49,748 nucleotides of DNA, from contig NC_068984.1 in assembly GCF_001194135.2 (NCBI RefSeq), forward strand, positions 29,412,538 through 29,462,285, written 5' to 3'. This document shows positions 1-13,113 of the stretch, in pieces. A program made the translations under genes and the position numbers. The notes beneath the pieces were generated by a model. That model searched no databases. It was given only the letters and a program-made list of their open reading frames with translations, and was not told the origin of the DNA. Every line of letters begins with the position of its first letter. The first letter of the stretch is position 1. The DNA is from Octopus bimaculoides. Taxonomy: Eukaryota.

Positions 1-837
1 TATATACATGTACATAATCTTTCATATGTAGTATAGATACCGATAAATAGATAGATAGACACTGATAAATCGAGGAGAGAGATATAGACACCGGAAATAA
101 AACTTGTGTAGTGGATGCACTATGTCTTATCCTAAATATAATTGTATTAGAGAAAGTTAAATTAAGGAAGGAAAGCCACTAATCTCTAATTTTAACATCT
201 ACGTAAAACTGCAAACAATAACTTTACATGACACTGAATCACAGAACATGTATATCTTAAACAAATATATAGATCACAAACTGGTACGCATTGCCAACAT
301 GTGAGGTACACAGAAGCGAAGGTGAAAATAAGAAAGGAAAGCTATGTTTCACACACTATTCGATTATTTTTTGGTAGTGATATCAGAAATTTACAGAAGC
401 GTTCCAAGCGTTTCAGTATGAAATTGAGAAATTGGGTAGACTATACATTACACAAGCTGTGTTATATTTACCAAATCTACTGGGACAAAATGGCGTCATA
501 TCCAGACTGAGATTTATCTTTCATCATTCATGAAATTGCTTGCAGAAACAAAAGTCTTTTTTTCTGGATCTTCTTACGACGTGATATCCTTTGATCATTG
601 GATTAATTTTTAGTATTCATACAAATATTAAACCATTGGAATATTTAATCCTTAGATTTCCCAACGAAGCTTTAGCGTTGCTTAAATTCCTGTGATCCGG
701 TGGTGAAAGTTAGTTGTATGATGATCAAGTACAAAAACTGGTAGTAGGGAAAAGTAGAAAATGCTCATTGAATTTAATGACGACTCAACGCACTTCTGTG
801 CAGTATAAAAATAGAATTCTGACGCATGCCCGCACGC

Positions 838-846
838 ACGCACACA

Positions 847-891
<45 letters not shown>
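838..891. repeat. (CA)n microsatellite
   Basis: Long CA run, preceded by a few GC-containing units. Confidence 0.95.
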
Positions 892-894
<3 letters not shown>

Positions 895-1120
895 TAAGGC
901 TTTGTAGATTGTCACGGATTAACAAATGATCTCGACTAGATTTAATGTCAGTAAGTAAAATGAAATGCTAGTCTTGGGTCATCGATCCAATTGATGCAGC
1001 TTTTGTTGATTCGTCGAATATATTAGGAAATCACTGGTGATTTATTGCCACGACTATCTTGATGCTTCCTGGTTAACAAGATTATTATAACGAGGTATAT
1101 TTTTTTCATATTTTTTTTAG

Positions 1121-1231
1121 CGATATTGTGAACAAATGGGTTCAAATATGTCTTCTATGACATTAATTCAAACACTACTACCACTTTTTGTTGCTGCTAT
1201 TGCTGTTGTGTGTGATAGCAATGGAAAAGCG
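1121..1231 (+). CDS. Candidate exon encoding a signal-peptide-like segment (MGSNMSSMTLIQTLLPLFVAAIAVVCDSNGKA)
   Basis: Strong acceptor tttttttcatattttttttAG at 1119-1120; in-frame ATG at 1136; hydrophobic core; GT donor (gcg|gtacgg) at 1232. No homology recognised. Confidence 0.3.
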
Positions 1232-1429
1232 GTACGGGTTATGTGGGTGGGGACGATATTTTTCTATACTATTTTTGGCGAACTTTGCTGCCCAGCGATG
1301 CATCAATTTTTATTATATTTTTCGTACGAAAACCAAAACAACACTTATAGTTTATACTTTTATTCTTTTTTTATTTTTATTTCTCTCTTCTTATCTTCCG
1401 ATCTTCCTTTCTCTTTCTCTCACTTTCAA

Positions 1430-1437
1430 TCACTCTC

Positions 1438-1468
<31 letters not shown>

Positions 1469-1480
1469 CCCTCTCCCTTT
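1430..1480. repeat. (CT)n microsatellite
   Basis: CT-rich run. Confidence 0.9.
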
Positions 1481-1786
1481 CTCTTACTCTTATTCTTTCT
1501 CAATTAAACATTCTTTCACCATAGCTCATTATGGATATTTATAAAGGTATATGACAGTGCGGATGGCCGAATTAGCATTAGACCGGACAAAGTGACAGAC
1601 ACCAGTGGTTCGTATCTTGTTTTTAGTATTTAAATCTTAAATCCCACTTTGAGGTAACTGGTTACTGCAACATAGAAATACTCACATATAAGTCATGATA
1701 TATAAGTCATGATATCACTATGTAACTAGGTAGCTTATAATGCAAATATTCCCGTGATTATAACTTAAAATATACATCGTTTAGAG

Positions 1787-2137
1787 CAGGGTTTCCCAAT
1801 CATTTTTTATCTATGGGCCCCTTTGATTACTATGTTATTCTGGTGGAATACCAAAGCCATTCGATATTTAAAAACTAGTTTTAAAGAAACTTCTTTCAAA
1901 ATTCCTATTTTGTTATTCACATATTAACTTGTGTATGTTGAACAATGTAAAATGCTAGAGAAAGAAACCTAGCTGTTTCTGCCAATAAATATTAATACAT
2001 ACATACATCTAAAGTAAACTTTTTTCAGGGGCCCAATTGTGAGTCCCCAATTTATCATTTTGTTGTGTGGACCCCACAAAATCTTATGTGACCCCCCCCC
2101 CCCCAGGGGCCATATTAACTCCGTTTGCGAACCACTG
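1787..2137. mobile_element. hAT (Charlie-type) MITE, 351 bp
   Basis: TIRs cagggtttcccaa / ttgcgaaccactg (10/13 match); flanking 8-mers gtttagag and ctctagag resemble the nTCTAGAn target of Charlie elements. Confidence 0.75.
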
Positions 2138-3074
2138 CTCTAGAGTTTCCTTTAATGCAATACTTTACATGTGGCCTATTGTGGTTTACATGTCTATACA
2201 CCTCCACATATATACATTAATGTAATAGAAAAATGCAGTTGTTTCGACTTCTGACCTATTGTACTGAGCATATGCAAAAGTTAACAGAAAGGGGTATAAT
2301 AGCTTCGCAATATTGCTTTCCATTAGCAAAGGTAACATCATTTGTGCTCAATGCGTAACGAACATAGGAACCCATGCTTATCAAAGAATTAAAAAACATT
2401 CGTTAATCATCGCTAAAATTTTAGAGACGTAAAGTGAGTGATTGTCAAAAGTTCAAAAACATTTTCAGACCAGATTCTTGTGATTTTAGATTGACGTAAA
2501 AATCAAACATTTTAGGTTCTTTGCTATAAATAAGGAGAGAAACTATTTAAGCAAGCAATACTATTTAGTACCATTAACGCAGAACATAAAAATAGTAAAA
2601 AAATGTTTTTAACTAAAGATTGCGTATCAAATCAGAAATCGTTAAATTATAATACAGCGAAAAAAAAAAAGAAAAAGAAGAAACCCAGAAAATAATAATA
2701 ACTAAATAAAAGCCGAAAGGCTATATGTCAAATAAATATTTTCAAACTTTAAACAAATTTAGAGTAACGGTTTATTTCATACTTTTCCTGAAGAGTTTCT
2801 ATAATGAGAATAAAAAAGAAAAGTTACACGCTTTTAAAGCAAATTCAAGGCATTGGTGTAATCTTTATGCCATATACAAAATTCAACATCGCATCTATAT
2901 ACACTATGTCTAAGGTAGGGCTACTGCGCGAGTATCATCTCTCTGTACATACATTCATTCTTCCATCCATGCATACACATATACACATATTTACATACAT
3001 ATTTGTGTGTGAGAGATTTATTAGCAATAAGGCAAAAATGGAGTAACACTTGCCATTGTGTAGATTGTGATACA

Positions 3075-3147
3075 TACATAAATATATACATACATATATA
3101 CGCACACATGCATATACGCATATAAGCATATATACACATATATGCAC

Positions 3148-3203
<56 letters not shown>

Positions 3204-3340
3204 TTATGCACATATATGTATGTATATGTTTATATCTATATATGTATATATATATTTACACACATACACATATGTATACACACATTCATATATAGAACAT
3301 TCACACATACATTTTTACACGCACGTACGTGTATATACGC
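3075..3340. repeat. Compound (TA)n/(CA)n microsatellite
   Basis: Directly visible. Confidence 0.95.
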
Positions 3341-4084
3341 TTACATTTCCCTGCCTAAAGACGTCCAAATCATAATTAGACTTCAAAATCATACCTAAGG
3401 CCTCATAAATCTAACCACACACAGAGAAGAGTGTAATCTTCACTGTATCTAAGAACTCATGAATACCAGCAGAAGGTTACAACGATATCAGTTTACAAGC
3501 TTAATTACTGCTCTTTCTCTCACACTCTTTCGTATTCTCTCTCACGTATACATACTTGACAGCATGCATTTTTATTGCGTATACAATATAAATTATCGAA
3601 GAAGAAATGAATAGGTGCCTGTTGTACTCGAGAAAGATGATTTTTTTTCATTATTCTTAATGTGTCACAAGCTTACGTAAGTATGGCCCGGAGTAATAAT
3701 GGCGTCCAGTTGTGGTATTGTTCCGTTATTGTCATTGAATAATAAAATCGGCCTAGGTATTCATAAAATCTTCATAGAAGAGATGTTAGTAGTTCAAATT
3801 CACTTAAATAAATTGAACAAATGATGGCAATTAACCAGTGAAATACCTTATAATAATGTCTTACATGGTAGATTCAAGGAAACCATACATAGACATAAGT
3901 AAAAAGAGACAAAAGAATATAAAATAGAAAACAGTGCACCCTACACAGTTTTTATTGAATTAACAGCTTTCTTCAAGTTTCTAATTTCATCTTATTAAAA
4001 AAAATAAAAGTGGTTATGTTGTGAGTACGCGTTCGCCCACGCTCTTGCCTGCGCGTGTGCATACATATTTATCCATGTATATAT

Positions 4085-4107
4085 GTACTGTACGCACGCA
4101 CACATGT

Positions 4108-4146
<39 letters not shown>

Positions 4147-4250
4147 TACAAGCACATACAGTCAGACACACATGCATACACACATGCAGAGTCAAACACA
4201 CACAGACACACAGAGACACACATACAGATACACACACACACACACACACT
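4085..4250. repeat. Compound (CA)n microsatellite
   Basis: Directly visible. Confidence 0.95.
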
Positions 4251-4360
4251 ATATATGAATACATAAATATATATACATCTACACAACTGTTATATGGTCA
4301 GATAAAAGGAACAAAGAGGCCCCAATAAACTTCCAATACACTTCCAATAAACTTCCTTAA

Positions 4361-4644
4361 TTGCGAGACAGCTCGACTATGGAAAATGAAGAAGTTGAAG
4401 ATAGTGCCAGATTGGCACTGCCAGCTATTGCTGAATCCTTGGAGACAATATGAAAAGGAATCAAGAAGAATATAAAGGAAATCGAAGTAGAGTGCCCAGG
4501 AGCACTGTTAAAACATAGCTTTCCTCCCTGGCACGACCAAACTCACCAGGAAAGTATGCGATAGTTAAAAAGAACAGATAGCAGCAGGTTGCAAGCGCGC
4601 AATGCATGCAATACTGAAGGAGTTCTAACTAAACCTGAATTAAA

Positions 4645-4645
<1 letters not shown>
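4361..4645 (+). mobile_element. 5'-truncated R4/Dong-like RLE LINE, copy A (C-terminus + 3'UTR)
   Basis: Broken frames read ETARLWKMKKLKIVP...KGIKKNIKEIEVE...GTTKLTRKVCDS*, homologous to the end of copy B; followed by (TAA)n. Confidence 0.7.

Positions 4646-4687
<42 letters not shown>
4646..4687. repeat. (TAA)n array between LINE copies A and B
   Basis: Directly visible. Confidence 0.95.
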
Positions 4688-4688
<1 letters not shown>

Positions 4689-5244
4689 GTGCTACATTGA
4701 AAATTGCGTGAAAAGTGAGGGCTAGAGAGAAGCAAGACGTGGTAGGAACATAAACCGCAAAGAGTGGCGGAATGGGAGACTTGCAAAATCCTCTGGGATT
4801 TCCCAATCCAAGCAGATTAGGTGCTGATCAGGTGCTAGGGCATAACACACCGGACCTAGTCGTGGTTAACAAGAGGCACCATATGTACTATATAGTTGAT
4901 GTTGCGTCCCCCTTAAACTAATTAATAGTCAAGAACGAAGGCGAAAAAGTAGATAAATGCAACCTCTTACGTACCAAATAGCCCGGATATGGAAAACGAA
5001 GGTGAAGGTAGTGTCGATCATTGTCGCGTCCTTGGGAACAGTATCAGAAGGCATCAAAAAGAATATAAAGGAAATCGGAATAGAGTCTTCAGTAGAACTG
5101 CTACAGAAGTTTTGCATCCTTAGCACGGCCAGAATAATCAGGAAAGCATTAGATAGCTGAAAACCCCCAGATAACATGGAACCGTAGGCTGTAGAGAACA
5201 AGCCCGTTACGCATGCAAAACTCTAGGAGTTCCAACAAAACCTT
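4688..5244 (+). mobile_element. 5'-truncated R4/Dong-like LINE, copy B (degenerate RLE endonuclease + 3'UTR)
   Basis: VLH*KL...EHKPQRVAEWETCKILWDFPIQAD / HNTPDLVVVNK...IVDVASP / RIWKTKVKVVSIIVASLG...LSTARIIRKALDS*: PD-(D/E)xK RLE motifs of R4-clade elements, with stops and frameshifts. Confidence 0.85.
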
Positions 5245-5251
5245 AAATAAA

Positions 5252-5282
<31 letters not shown>

Positions 5283-5286
5283 TAAT

Positions 5287-5417
5287 GATCGACCCCAGTA
5301 CTCAACTGGTAGATATTTTATAGACCCAGAAAGGATGAAAGGTAAAGTCGACCTCGGCGGAATTTGAACCCAGAACGTGAAGACGGACGAAATACCGCTA
5401 CGCATTTTGTCCATCGT
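5287..5417 (-). mobile_element. SINE family A fragment
   Basis: Reverse complement matches the body of the copy at 13223-13426 (gtcgactttgcctttcatcctt...). Confidence 0.8.
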
Positions 5418-5439
5418 ATTAATAACAACAGCAACAACA

Positions 5440-5487
5440 ATAATAATTATTAAAATAATAATAACAATAATAATAATAATAATAATC

Positions 5488-5536
<49 letters not shown>

Positions 5537-5563
5537 TGATGATAATAACAGCAATAATGATAA

Positions 5564-5609
<46 letters not shown>

Positions 5610-5610
5610 C
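5440..5610. repeat. Long (TAA)n array
   Basis: Directly visible; produces the poly-Ile and poly-Tyr ORFs. Confidence 0.95.
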
Positions 5611-6024
5611 TACCAAAAACTGAGCAAATATAAAGATCTTGAAATAGAAATTAGCAAAATGTGGAATCTGAAGACGAAAACAATACCTATTGTCATAGGT
5701 GCCCTGGGAATGACAGCGAAACGGGCTGATTACTACCTAGCTCAGATACCAGGAAACCCCAAAATGGCTGAAGTTCAAAAGATAGTGCTCATGGGAACTG
5801 CTCATATCATACGTAAAATACTGTCTATGTGATCTCAAATTATAAAGCAAACACATAATTTTCTTATGGTTTCTTAAACATTCACTTGAACAAAACTGTA
5901 CAAATCCAAATATATGGTACCCTAGGCAGAACACCTACATGAACTTCTAACTTGTTGTCTCTTGAGGTCTCTGGGTGAGACTTGGATCCAACTTGTACAA
6001 ATGCAAAACAAAAGTCAAACATAA
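5611..6024 (+). mobile_element. 5'-truncated R4/Dong-like LINE, second family (copy C)
   Basis: Uninterrupted YQKLSKYKDLEIEISKMWNLKTKTIPIVIGALG...MGTAHIIRKILSM* (stop 5830-5832), then 3'UTR, then (TAA)n. Confidence 0.85.
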
Positions 6025-6429
6025 AATAATAATAATAATAATAATGATAATAATTGATATAATAGCAAAAACAACAGCAACTATTTAAAATAACATTTAT
6101 TGCAATCACACGTGCATATTTATACAATACACTGTTATTGTGAATGATATTTCCAGTGTTATTATTCAGTGCGTACAAGCAGAAGTCCAAATGGGAAAAT
6201 ATCAATAATATTTTCATGAAAAATTTTCCATTTCTCATCCTGCTTATCTTTCAATCTTGCTGTCTCTCATTTCCTTTTCTTTTTTTTAACCACATTTTTC
6301 TCTAGCACTACTTTACTTATGCCCTACTTTTGCAAATTTAACCTTGTGTTCCTTTCCCAATTCTATTTTGTCTTTTGTTCTCTTCCGTATTTTAATAATT
6401 TTTCTCATTAATATAGATAGAAACATTAC

Positions 6430-6660
6430 ATACATACATACATACCTACCTACATACATACATATATATAAATATATATACGTAATATATATATATATAT
6501 ATACATATATATATGTATATACACATATGTGATATGTNNNNNNNNNNTATATATACACGCGCACACATCGCACAAACACACACAAACGGTCACACCCATA
6601 CACGCACTCGAAACCTAGATAGCAGCTGCACAGACACAGACACAGACACACACATGCACG
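6430..6660. repeat. (TACA)n/(TA)n/(CA)n compound repeat with small gap
   Basis: Directly visible. Confidence 0.9.
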
Positions 6661-7693
6661 CCCCCACCACGCAAACTGACACAAACGCTCGCGCCTGTCT
6701 ATGTTCTCTCTCACATCTGTAAATCCTGCACACAAATAAACACTCAAACATACATATACACGCATATATATTATAATTATCAAATACAGTTTTTTTTTCT
6801 CTTCCTTAAGTATATTTTTTCACGTTCGTTTAGTTTTTGTTTCTTTATCTAATTGTTTTGGTTGCAATAAATTTGTTTCTTTTGTTACTTTCGACACGAG
6901 AGGTGAATAAAACAACAGCAAAAAAACAAACGAAAACGATAAATATTGTTGAGAGAAAAGAAATGAAACAAATAAAACATTATATATTTTCATGTAATTT
7001 ACATCAAAATGACTATTTTTCGAGAACACAGCAATATCGGAAGTAAAAAAAACAAAATAATAATAAAACAACGATAGAAACAAAAGAAAATATAATAAAT
7101 GAAAGACATAAAGTTTGTTTATTTCTTCCTTCCCTATACTGAACTTTTATCAGAGAGAATCAATCATATATCTCTAAAGTTATCATATATATCTTGAATT
7201 CGAAATGGAAGAGCTGGAGCTTTTAGTATGAAAAGGAGACTTGTTTTATTTTGCACTGAAGAACTGGAGAGGTACGAAACAAAAGTTATGTGTAACTTTT
7301 GCTATCGTATTACATCTGTTATATTAGTTAGTTTCTACTGATATTCAACAAGTCTGAATTTCACAAAGCTATCACGACATTGAATAGACTAGGTTTCTAT
7401 TTCAAATCTAGAAAGTGTATAATATATGTTGTATTTTTTTGAATATGAATATGCTTTACGTTAGAATAGATATAGACCACACTTAAAGATTAATGAAACC
7501 GTCATGCACAGGAACATGCAGTATGGCTGTCACTAGAAAAGGACTGACTTGGTAGTATATAACATGGTCATGCTAATTGTTTTAGTTGTATGTGTAGCTG
7601 CGAGTAGATTTAGATACATTCTCGACTCTCCCATTCATACTCAACTCAACGGAATATCAATAATGTGACAACTGGAAGGGAGGAAGTGTGTGT

Positions 7694-7849
7694 CACACTT
7701 GGCTGGTACTCATTTATAGCTGAGTAGACTGGAGTGACTTGAAACGAAATGCTTTGCTCAAGGACTCAATGAATCATCCGCTCCAGGAATTGAATACATA
7801 ATCGTATGATCATGAGCCAAACACCCTAATGACTATACTATATGCCTTC
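7694..7849 (-). mobile_element. Old, diverged SINE family B copy
   Basis: Reverse complement gaaggcat...gtccttgagcaaagcatttc...ctccagtctactcagct aligns to 7901-8050. Confidence 0.6.
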
Positions 7850-7900
7850 AGAAATATTAAAGAAAATATTGCCCAACATATACACAATAAACTGTTCAGT

Positions 7901-8234
7901 GAAGGCGCATGGCTCAGTGGTTAGAGCGTCGAGCTTACGATCGCGAGTTGTGAGTTCGAATCCCGGACCGGGCTGCGTGTTGTGTTCTTGAGCAAGACAC
8001 TTTATTTCACGTTACTCCAGATCACTCAGCTGTAGAAATGAGTTGCGACGTCACAGGTGCCAAGCTGTATCGGCTTTTGCCTTTCTCTTGGATATCACTG
8101 GTTGCGTGGAGAGGGGAAACCGGTATGCACGGGCGACTGCTGGTCTTCCATAAACAACCTTGCCCGGACTTGTGCCTGAGAGGGTAACTTTCTAGGTGCA
8201 ATCCCATGGTCAGTCATGACCGAAGAGGGGTCTC
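7901..8234 (+). mobile_element. tRNA-derived SINE family B
   Basis: Box A tggctcagtgg and box B gagttcgaatcc, followed by a non-tRNA body (ttgagcaagacactt...). Confidence 0.85.
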
Positions 8235-9300
8235 AGTAAACCGTACAAAGGAAAACGGTAGGCTTCATGATACGTAAACATAGTTTTTTTGCAAGCTTTT
8301 GGTCATTATTGATATGTGCTAAGTCCATCTCTTCAAAATTTACAACAGCACTGAATGATTACTTGTAACAAGGTCATAAACGTTACTTGTTATTACTGTT
8401 CTTTAGTCCCTAGTCATCTGTAACTGAATAGTCATAAGGTCAAAGACATTCCAGACGTGATCATCAGGTCCGTTTGTATATCTAGAACTATACTTTACAG
8501 TCTGTTCTTCCTCACTATGACGTTAGGGTGGAGCTTGAGGGAAATCAACAAAATCGAGTGACCAGGTAGACCAGGGTGGTACACATAATGAGATTTTGTT
8601 TATTTAATGGTCATATAATAACAGAATTACAAACCGAAACGGAAAAATTAATCTCCAGAGCATCAGTTTAATGGAATTCCTTCTCTGTACATATATTTCT
8701 TTCCAGCTATCGTTTTACAACTTTTTTTTTTTAAAGGAACGTTAACAACGTTCATTATAATGGACTCGGAGGGTCTACGAAAGCCAGAGGCCGGCCGCAC
8801 TATGTGGCCAAAGCTAAAATAAAAACAAACATAAAAATAACAAAAGCAAGTAGAAGTTTTGCAGCAGTAGTAGCAACAGTATTAGTTTTAATATAGTTAA
8901 TATTACTAGTAACATTATTATCAGTCACTTCCAGCGTGTAGTAATTGCAGTATTAATAGATAAAAGTCGTAGCTTCCTGAAACATCTCAATAGCTTCACA
9001 TTTATAAGTTTGTGGTGATAATTGCTGAAGTTAATTTGGTTCCACTGTGTTGACTGTAGATATTATGCTAAGGGTCATGAGGTTACTTAGTGTATTGTGA
9101 CAGTTGTTGTAGATCATTTGTTTTTGCTATTAAGTTTCATTGACCTATAAGGTTTGTGTAGTGTGAACATAATGTGAATACCATTCTCGTGTATATTTTA
9201 AGAGTTTGAATAGTTACATTGTTGCTATATCTAAAGTTGATATCAGATAGTCTAATTCAAGGCTGCAGCGTATTGAAGTACCCCAACACTTTCACATCTT

Positions 9301-10575
9301 TATGATAGGGTACCCCAAAATAACCGGGACAAGCCTTTTGTAGTTCAGGCTTCCGCTGCTAGAAGCCACTTGATGCGTCACTCTGCCGACCGGCATCGTC
9401 CGGTGGGGTCGTACTGCCATGTGGTTGTGTCTTTTCTTTGCGGTGCTTCTCCCCCTCTTCGTCGATTTTTGCGATGGCAGAAACGAAGGAACAGCGTGCT
9501 TCCGCGAAATTCTGTTTTCTGCTGGGGAAAACGGCGACTGAAACAGTTGTTATGCTTCAAACAGCTTATAAGGACGCTACCATGAGCAAGGTCACAAGCT
9601 TACGAATGGTTTCCACGCTTCAGGAATGCTCCCTTGTCGCTTGAAGACCAACCTCGTTCAGGGAGACCGATGACTTCCTGGACGAATGAAACATCACGAA
9701 AATTCATGAACTGATCTTAGAGGATCGTCGCCGAACAATTGATGAACTTATTGATATGACTGGTGTGTCCTGGAGGTTCTGCCAACGAATTTTGAGCTAG
9801 GAATTGCGAATAAAAAAGAGTTGCAGCAAAATTTATGCTTCGTCAGCTCACGGAATATCAAAATGCGTGTCGTGAACTAAAAGAGCAGTTGAAAATTGAT
9901 CCGAACCTTTTTCCGAAGGTCCTCACTGATAATGAAAGCTACTGTTACGGCTACGACCAGGAAACAAAGCAGTAATCAATCAATGGAAACATTCAATGTC
10001 CCCACACCCCTCCAAAAGCGCGTCAAGTGAAGTCCAATGTCAAGACGATGCTGGTTTGTTTCATCGATGCGAAAAGAATTGTCCACGCAGAATTCATTTC
10101 TCTTGGTCAAACTGTTAGCCAGAATTTTTTCTTGGTAGTTCGGAAGCGTTTGCAAGGCGCGGTGACACGAAACGTCCCGATCAACGACAAAGCGGAGAGT
10201 GGTAGTTTCATCACGACATTGCCTTTAGTATGAGACAGTTTTTGAACCAAAAATGGCATGACCCCGCTTAATCATCCCCTCTTCGTCCGATCTTGCTCCC
10301 TGCGATGTTCTTGTTCCCCCAAATGAAAAAAGTCCTTAAAGGAAAACGTTTTACAGATGTGGAAGAAGTGAAGAAAAAAAAAAAGACCACGGAGGCGTTA
10401 ATAGACCTCACTTCGTAAGAGTTCCCTAAACTGCTTCAAACTGTGGAAAATTCATCTGGCCCAATGCATTGCTTCAAATGGAGAATTTTTTGAAGGTGGT
10501 AAAAGCATAAACATGTAAATCTAAGTGAACAAAATAATATTGCAAAATTCTCGTTTCTTTTGGGCATATCTCGTA
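9301..10575 (+). mobile_element. Full-length degenerate mariner (Tc1/mariner) transposon, ~1.27 kb
   Basis: Imperfect ~27 bp TIRs (about 18/27 with a 2-nt indel) beginning and ending in TA; size typical of mariner; internal transposase relic. Confidence 0.85.
9474..10518 (+). pseudogene. Mariner transposase pseudogene
   Basis: MAETKEQRASAKFCFLLGKTATET..., EDQPRSGRP, TDNE (for TGDE), KTMLVCF, HHDIA (for HHDNA), SDLAPCD, KGKRF, NGEFFEG; many stops and frameshifts. Confidence 0.9.
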
Positions 10576-13113
10576 TATAGGCTATTTGAATGAGTTTGTT
10601 CTTTTATAAATCGTAATATATGACACAAGTCATAAGTTGAAGCATTTCAGAGATGTTACAACATATAAGTAGAAACTCTGTCTGGTACCTTCTATTATTA
10701 TTAATTACTAGTGTTGTTCGTCTCGATGAACGTTTGTATTCATAAATTTGTTGTTTTACTGTTATTTTATAACTGTGGCTGCCATGAAAGGCGTTACCAT
10801 TTGTGTTGACGTCATATATTTCCACTACCAGAAAAATAGCGAGCGGGAAATATGACCATTAAAAAAAAAATGGACAAACTTCTTCATGTCTTTTTATTTT
10901 TATTTATGTAACGTTACGGATACTGAAAAGTGATCAGATTGTAACTTCGTTACAACAATTTGTTTTTAGTTATGTCTGATTGAAAGTGAATGACAACACA
11001 TTTCACTCACTTATTTTGAGTCCGATGATGCTTTCATCGTATATGAATAGATGATTCAGCAATCAGCACCAGGTCTCTTCAAACATAATGACACAATTCG
11101 AAACGAACTTTGAAGCGTGAAGGTTCCCGAGGCTTCTACTTGTTTCGATTCGTGGATTGTTAAAAACTCCTGCTTTGGATGTGTTAATGCTTTGAAGTTT
11201 CTCAGCAAGTAGCTGCTTTCATAATATCTACTGCATAATACCTGGTGTAACTGTTAATCCTGCCGCCATTGAGTTAACTTTTCTAAATTCAGTACGCTGC
11301 TGGCATCACTTATAATAGCGTTTGTACACAACTTATAATGGCTATTGCACATAGCTATTATATTTTAAGATCGTATTGTGAATGCTTTAAAATGAAATAG
11401 AATGACATTAAATAAACAGGAAATCACAGGAATTTTGAAGGTGGGTATTTAAAAGTGATAGAGCCGAAAACAGGTTTTGATGTTGCTTGGATTTGAAAGC
11501 TTTAACTGTAAATCTGATAGATTAGCACATTTACGAAGAAATAACTGATAGAACTTAATTTCATTATGCTAAGCCTTTCTTGTTCAATTAATGTTTCATC
11601 GATTAGACGCTAGAGCTAATTGTATGTGGTCAAAAATACTTCATTATATTATATTCATCTCCTACCAATGTTACACGATGTTGATATTGAGGCATGGCTG
11701 GTCGATATATCACAACAGAAAGGAAAGCACAAACCAAACAGGACATTTGAATTGACAGAGAAGCAGTAGAGGACAATTTCAACAAGCGCTATTTATGATT
11801 ATCTGTGTCGAATGACCGATTTCAGAGAGGCTATTATATGGTAGAATTAACGTAATTATAGCTCATGACAGTTTATTGTGATCAGATTGCTGTGGATTGG
11901 CATTTTCTTTCAAGCTTCTTAGCTTGACTCCACGGTGGAATTTGTAGCAAGATAACAGGTGGTGTATGGGGATGTATGTGTTAGAAGCATGTTCGCTTGG
12001 TTTATCATGAAATATGGTGAATTTAGATCTACAGAAAATCCGTGATGCGGTTTAATTGGAGCATCCTTTAGTTATGGACGAATTGATTTAAGTAACAGAA
12101 TATAGCAAACGGCTTGTGAGAAACATCAACATCAACATGAAATATCTGCACAAAGAGTGCATTTCACATTTTATTTATTTTTTTTATATATAAAAGAAAT
12201 TGCGTAGAAGAGAGATCTATAGCACACTTTACGGACCAAAACACATTTTAAAAAATCGTTCAATATCACTAGCTATGTATACATTTATCTCTCTGGGAAA
12301 GAAGGCCGTAAGTATTATTCAGGTATTAAGAAAACCAAGGTTCAGTTTATTTGACAATAACATTTAAGATATAACAATAGCAAGATATACTCATAGTCAA
12401 CAACACTCATACACATGCACACAAACAACCACACATACACAGCAACAAATGTATGCCTATACATGTATGTATGTATGTATGAACATTATCACATTCTTCA
12501 TATATATAGGAACTTCGATGCGGAAGCGCAATATGATTTTGCTCAAAGCATATAACTAGCGTACTGTTAAGTGAATGAGTTCATAGATCGCTCATAACAC
12601 CGTTTTTATTCATTATGAGAGAAAGTCGAGACAAAACGTAAAAATCGATTTAAAGTTATGAAAGTGACTGCCGAGACATGAAGTGTGACATTCGGATGAT
12701 AGATACTCTGCCAGCTTAGTTTGAGAGAATTATTCTCTGTAAATATACAAGAATGACAAAATTTATTTAAAAATGAGTCTTTTCAAGAATTCTTTAACTA
12801 AGTTGTATCTAATCATCCACTGAGATTTACTTTGATCTCTACAGTCTGAGTTGAAACTGTTCCAGGATTGACATTGCTTTTTCATTTCTCCAGAGTAGTA
12901 CCAGTTATACTTTGATGTCAATATAATTGTCTATGCGTCACCTCTACTAACATTAACATTCTCTATGGATTATTATTGATTGCCAATCAGCTTTTCATTA
13001 AATGTTCTGCCATTGAACATTTGACCAGTTTTCCATTGATGATAGAATCCATTCGTCAGCAGTCGGGTGAAAATGCGTGATTTAGTAGCTAAAGCTTATT
13101 TAGTATTTGGTCA

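Noticed and set aside
2921-3398. Many 60-150 aa ORFs rich in YI, HT, CV or poly-I/Y/V/T (also at 4.0, 5.4, 18.3, 25.4, 36.4 and 41 kb)
   Set aside because: They are translations of microsatellites that lack stops in some frames.
4322-4356. 11-bp x3 repeat, plus short duplications at 1687-1714 and 32015-32092, as CRISPR-like or functional arrays
   Set aside because: Eukaryotic context, no spacers, and too few units; ordinary slippage.
7901-7975. tRNA gene (also the head at 20430-20502)
   Set aside because: A and B boxes are present, but there is no full cloverleaf and each continues into a SINE body.
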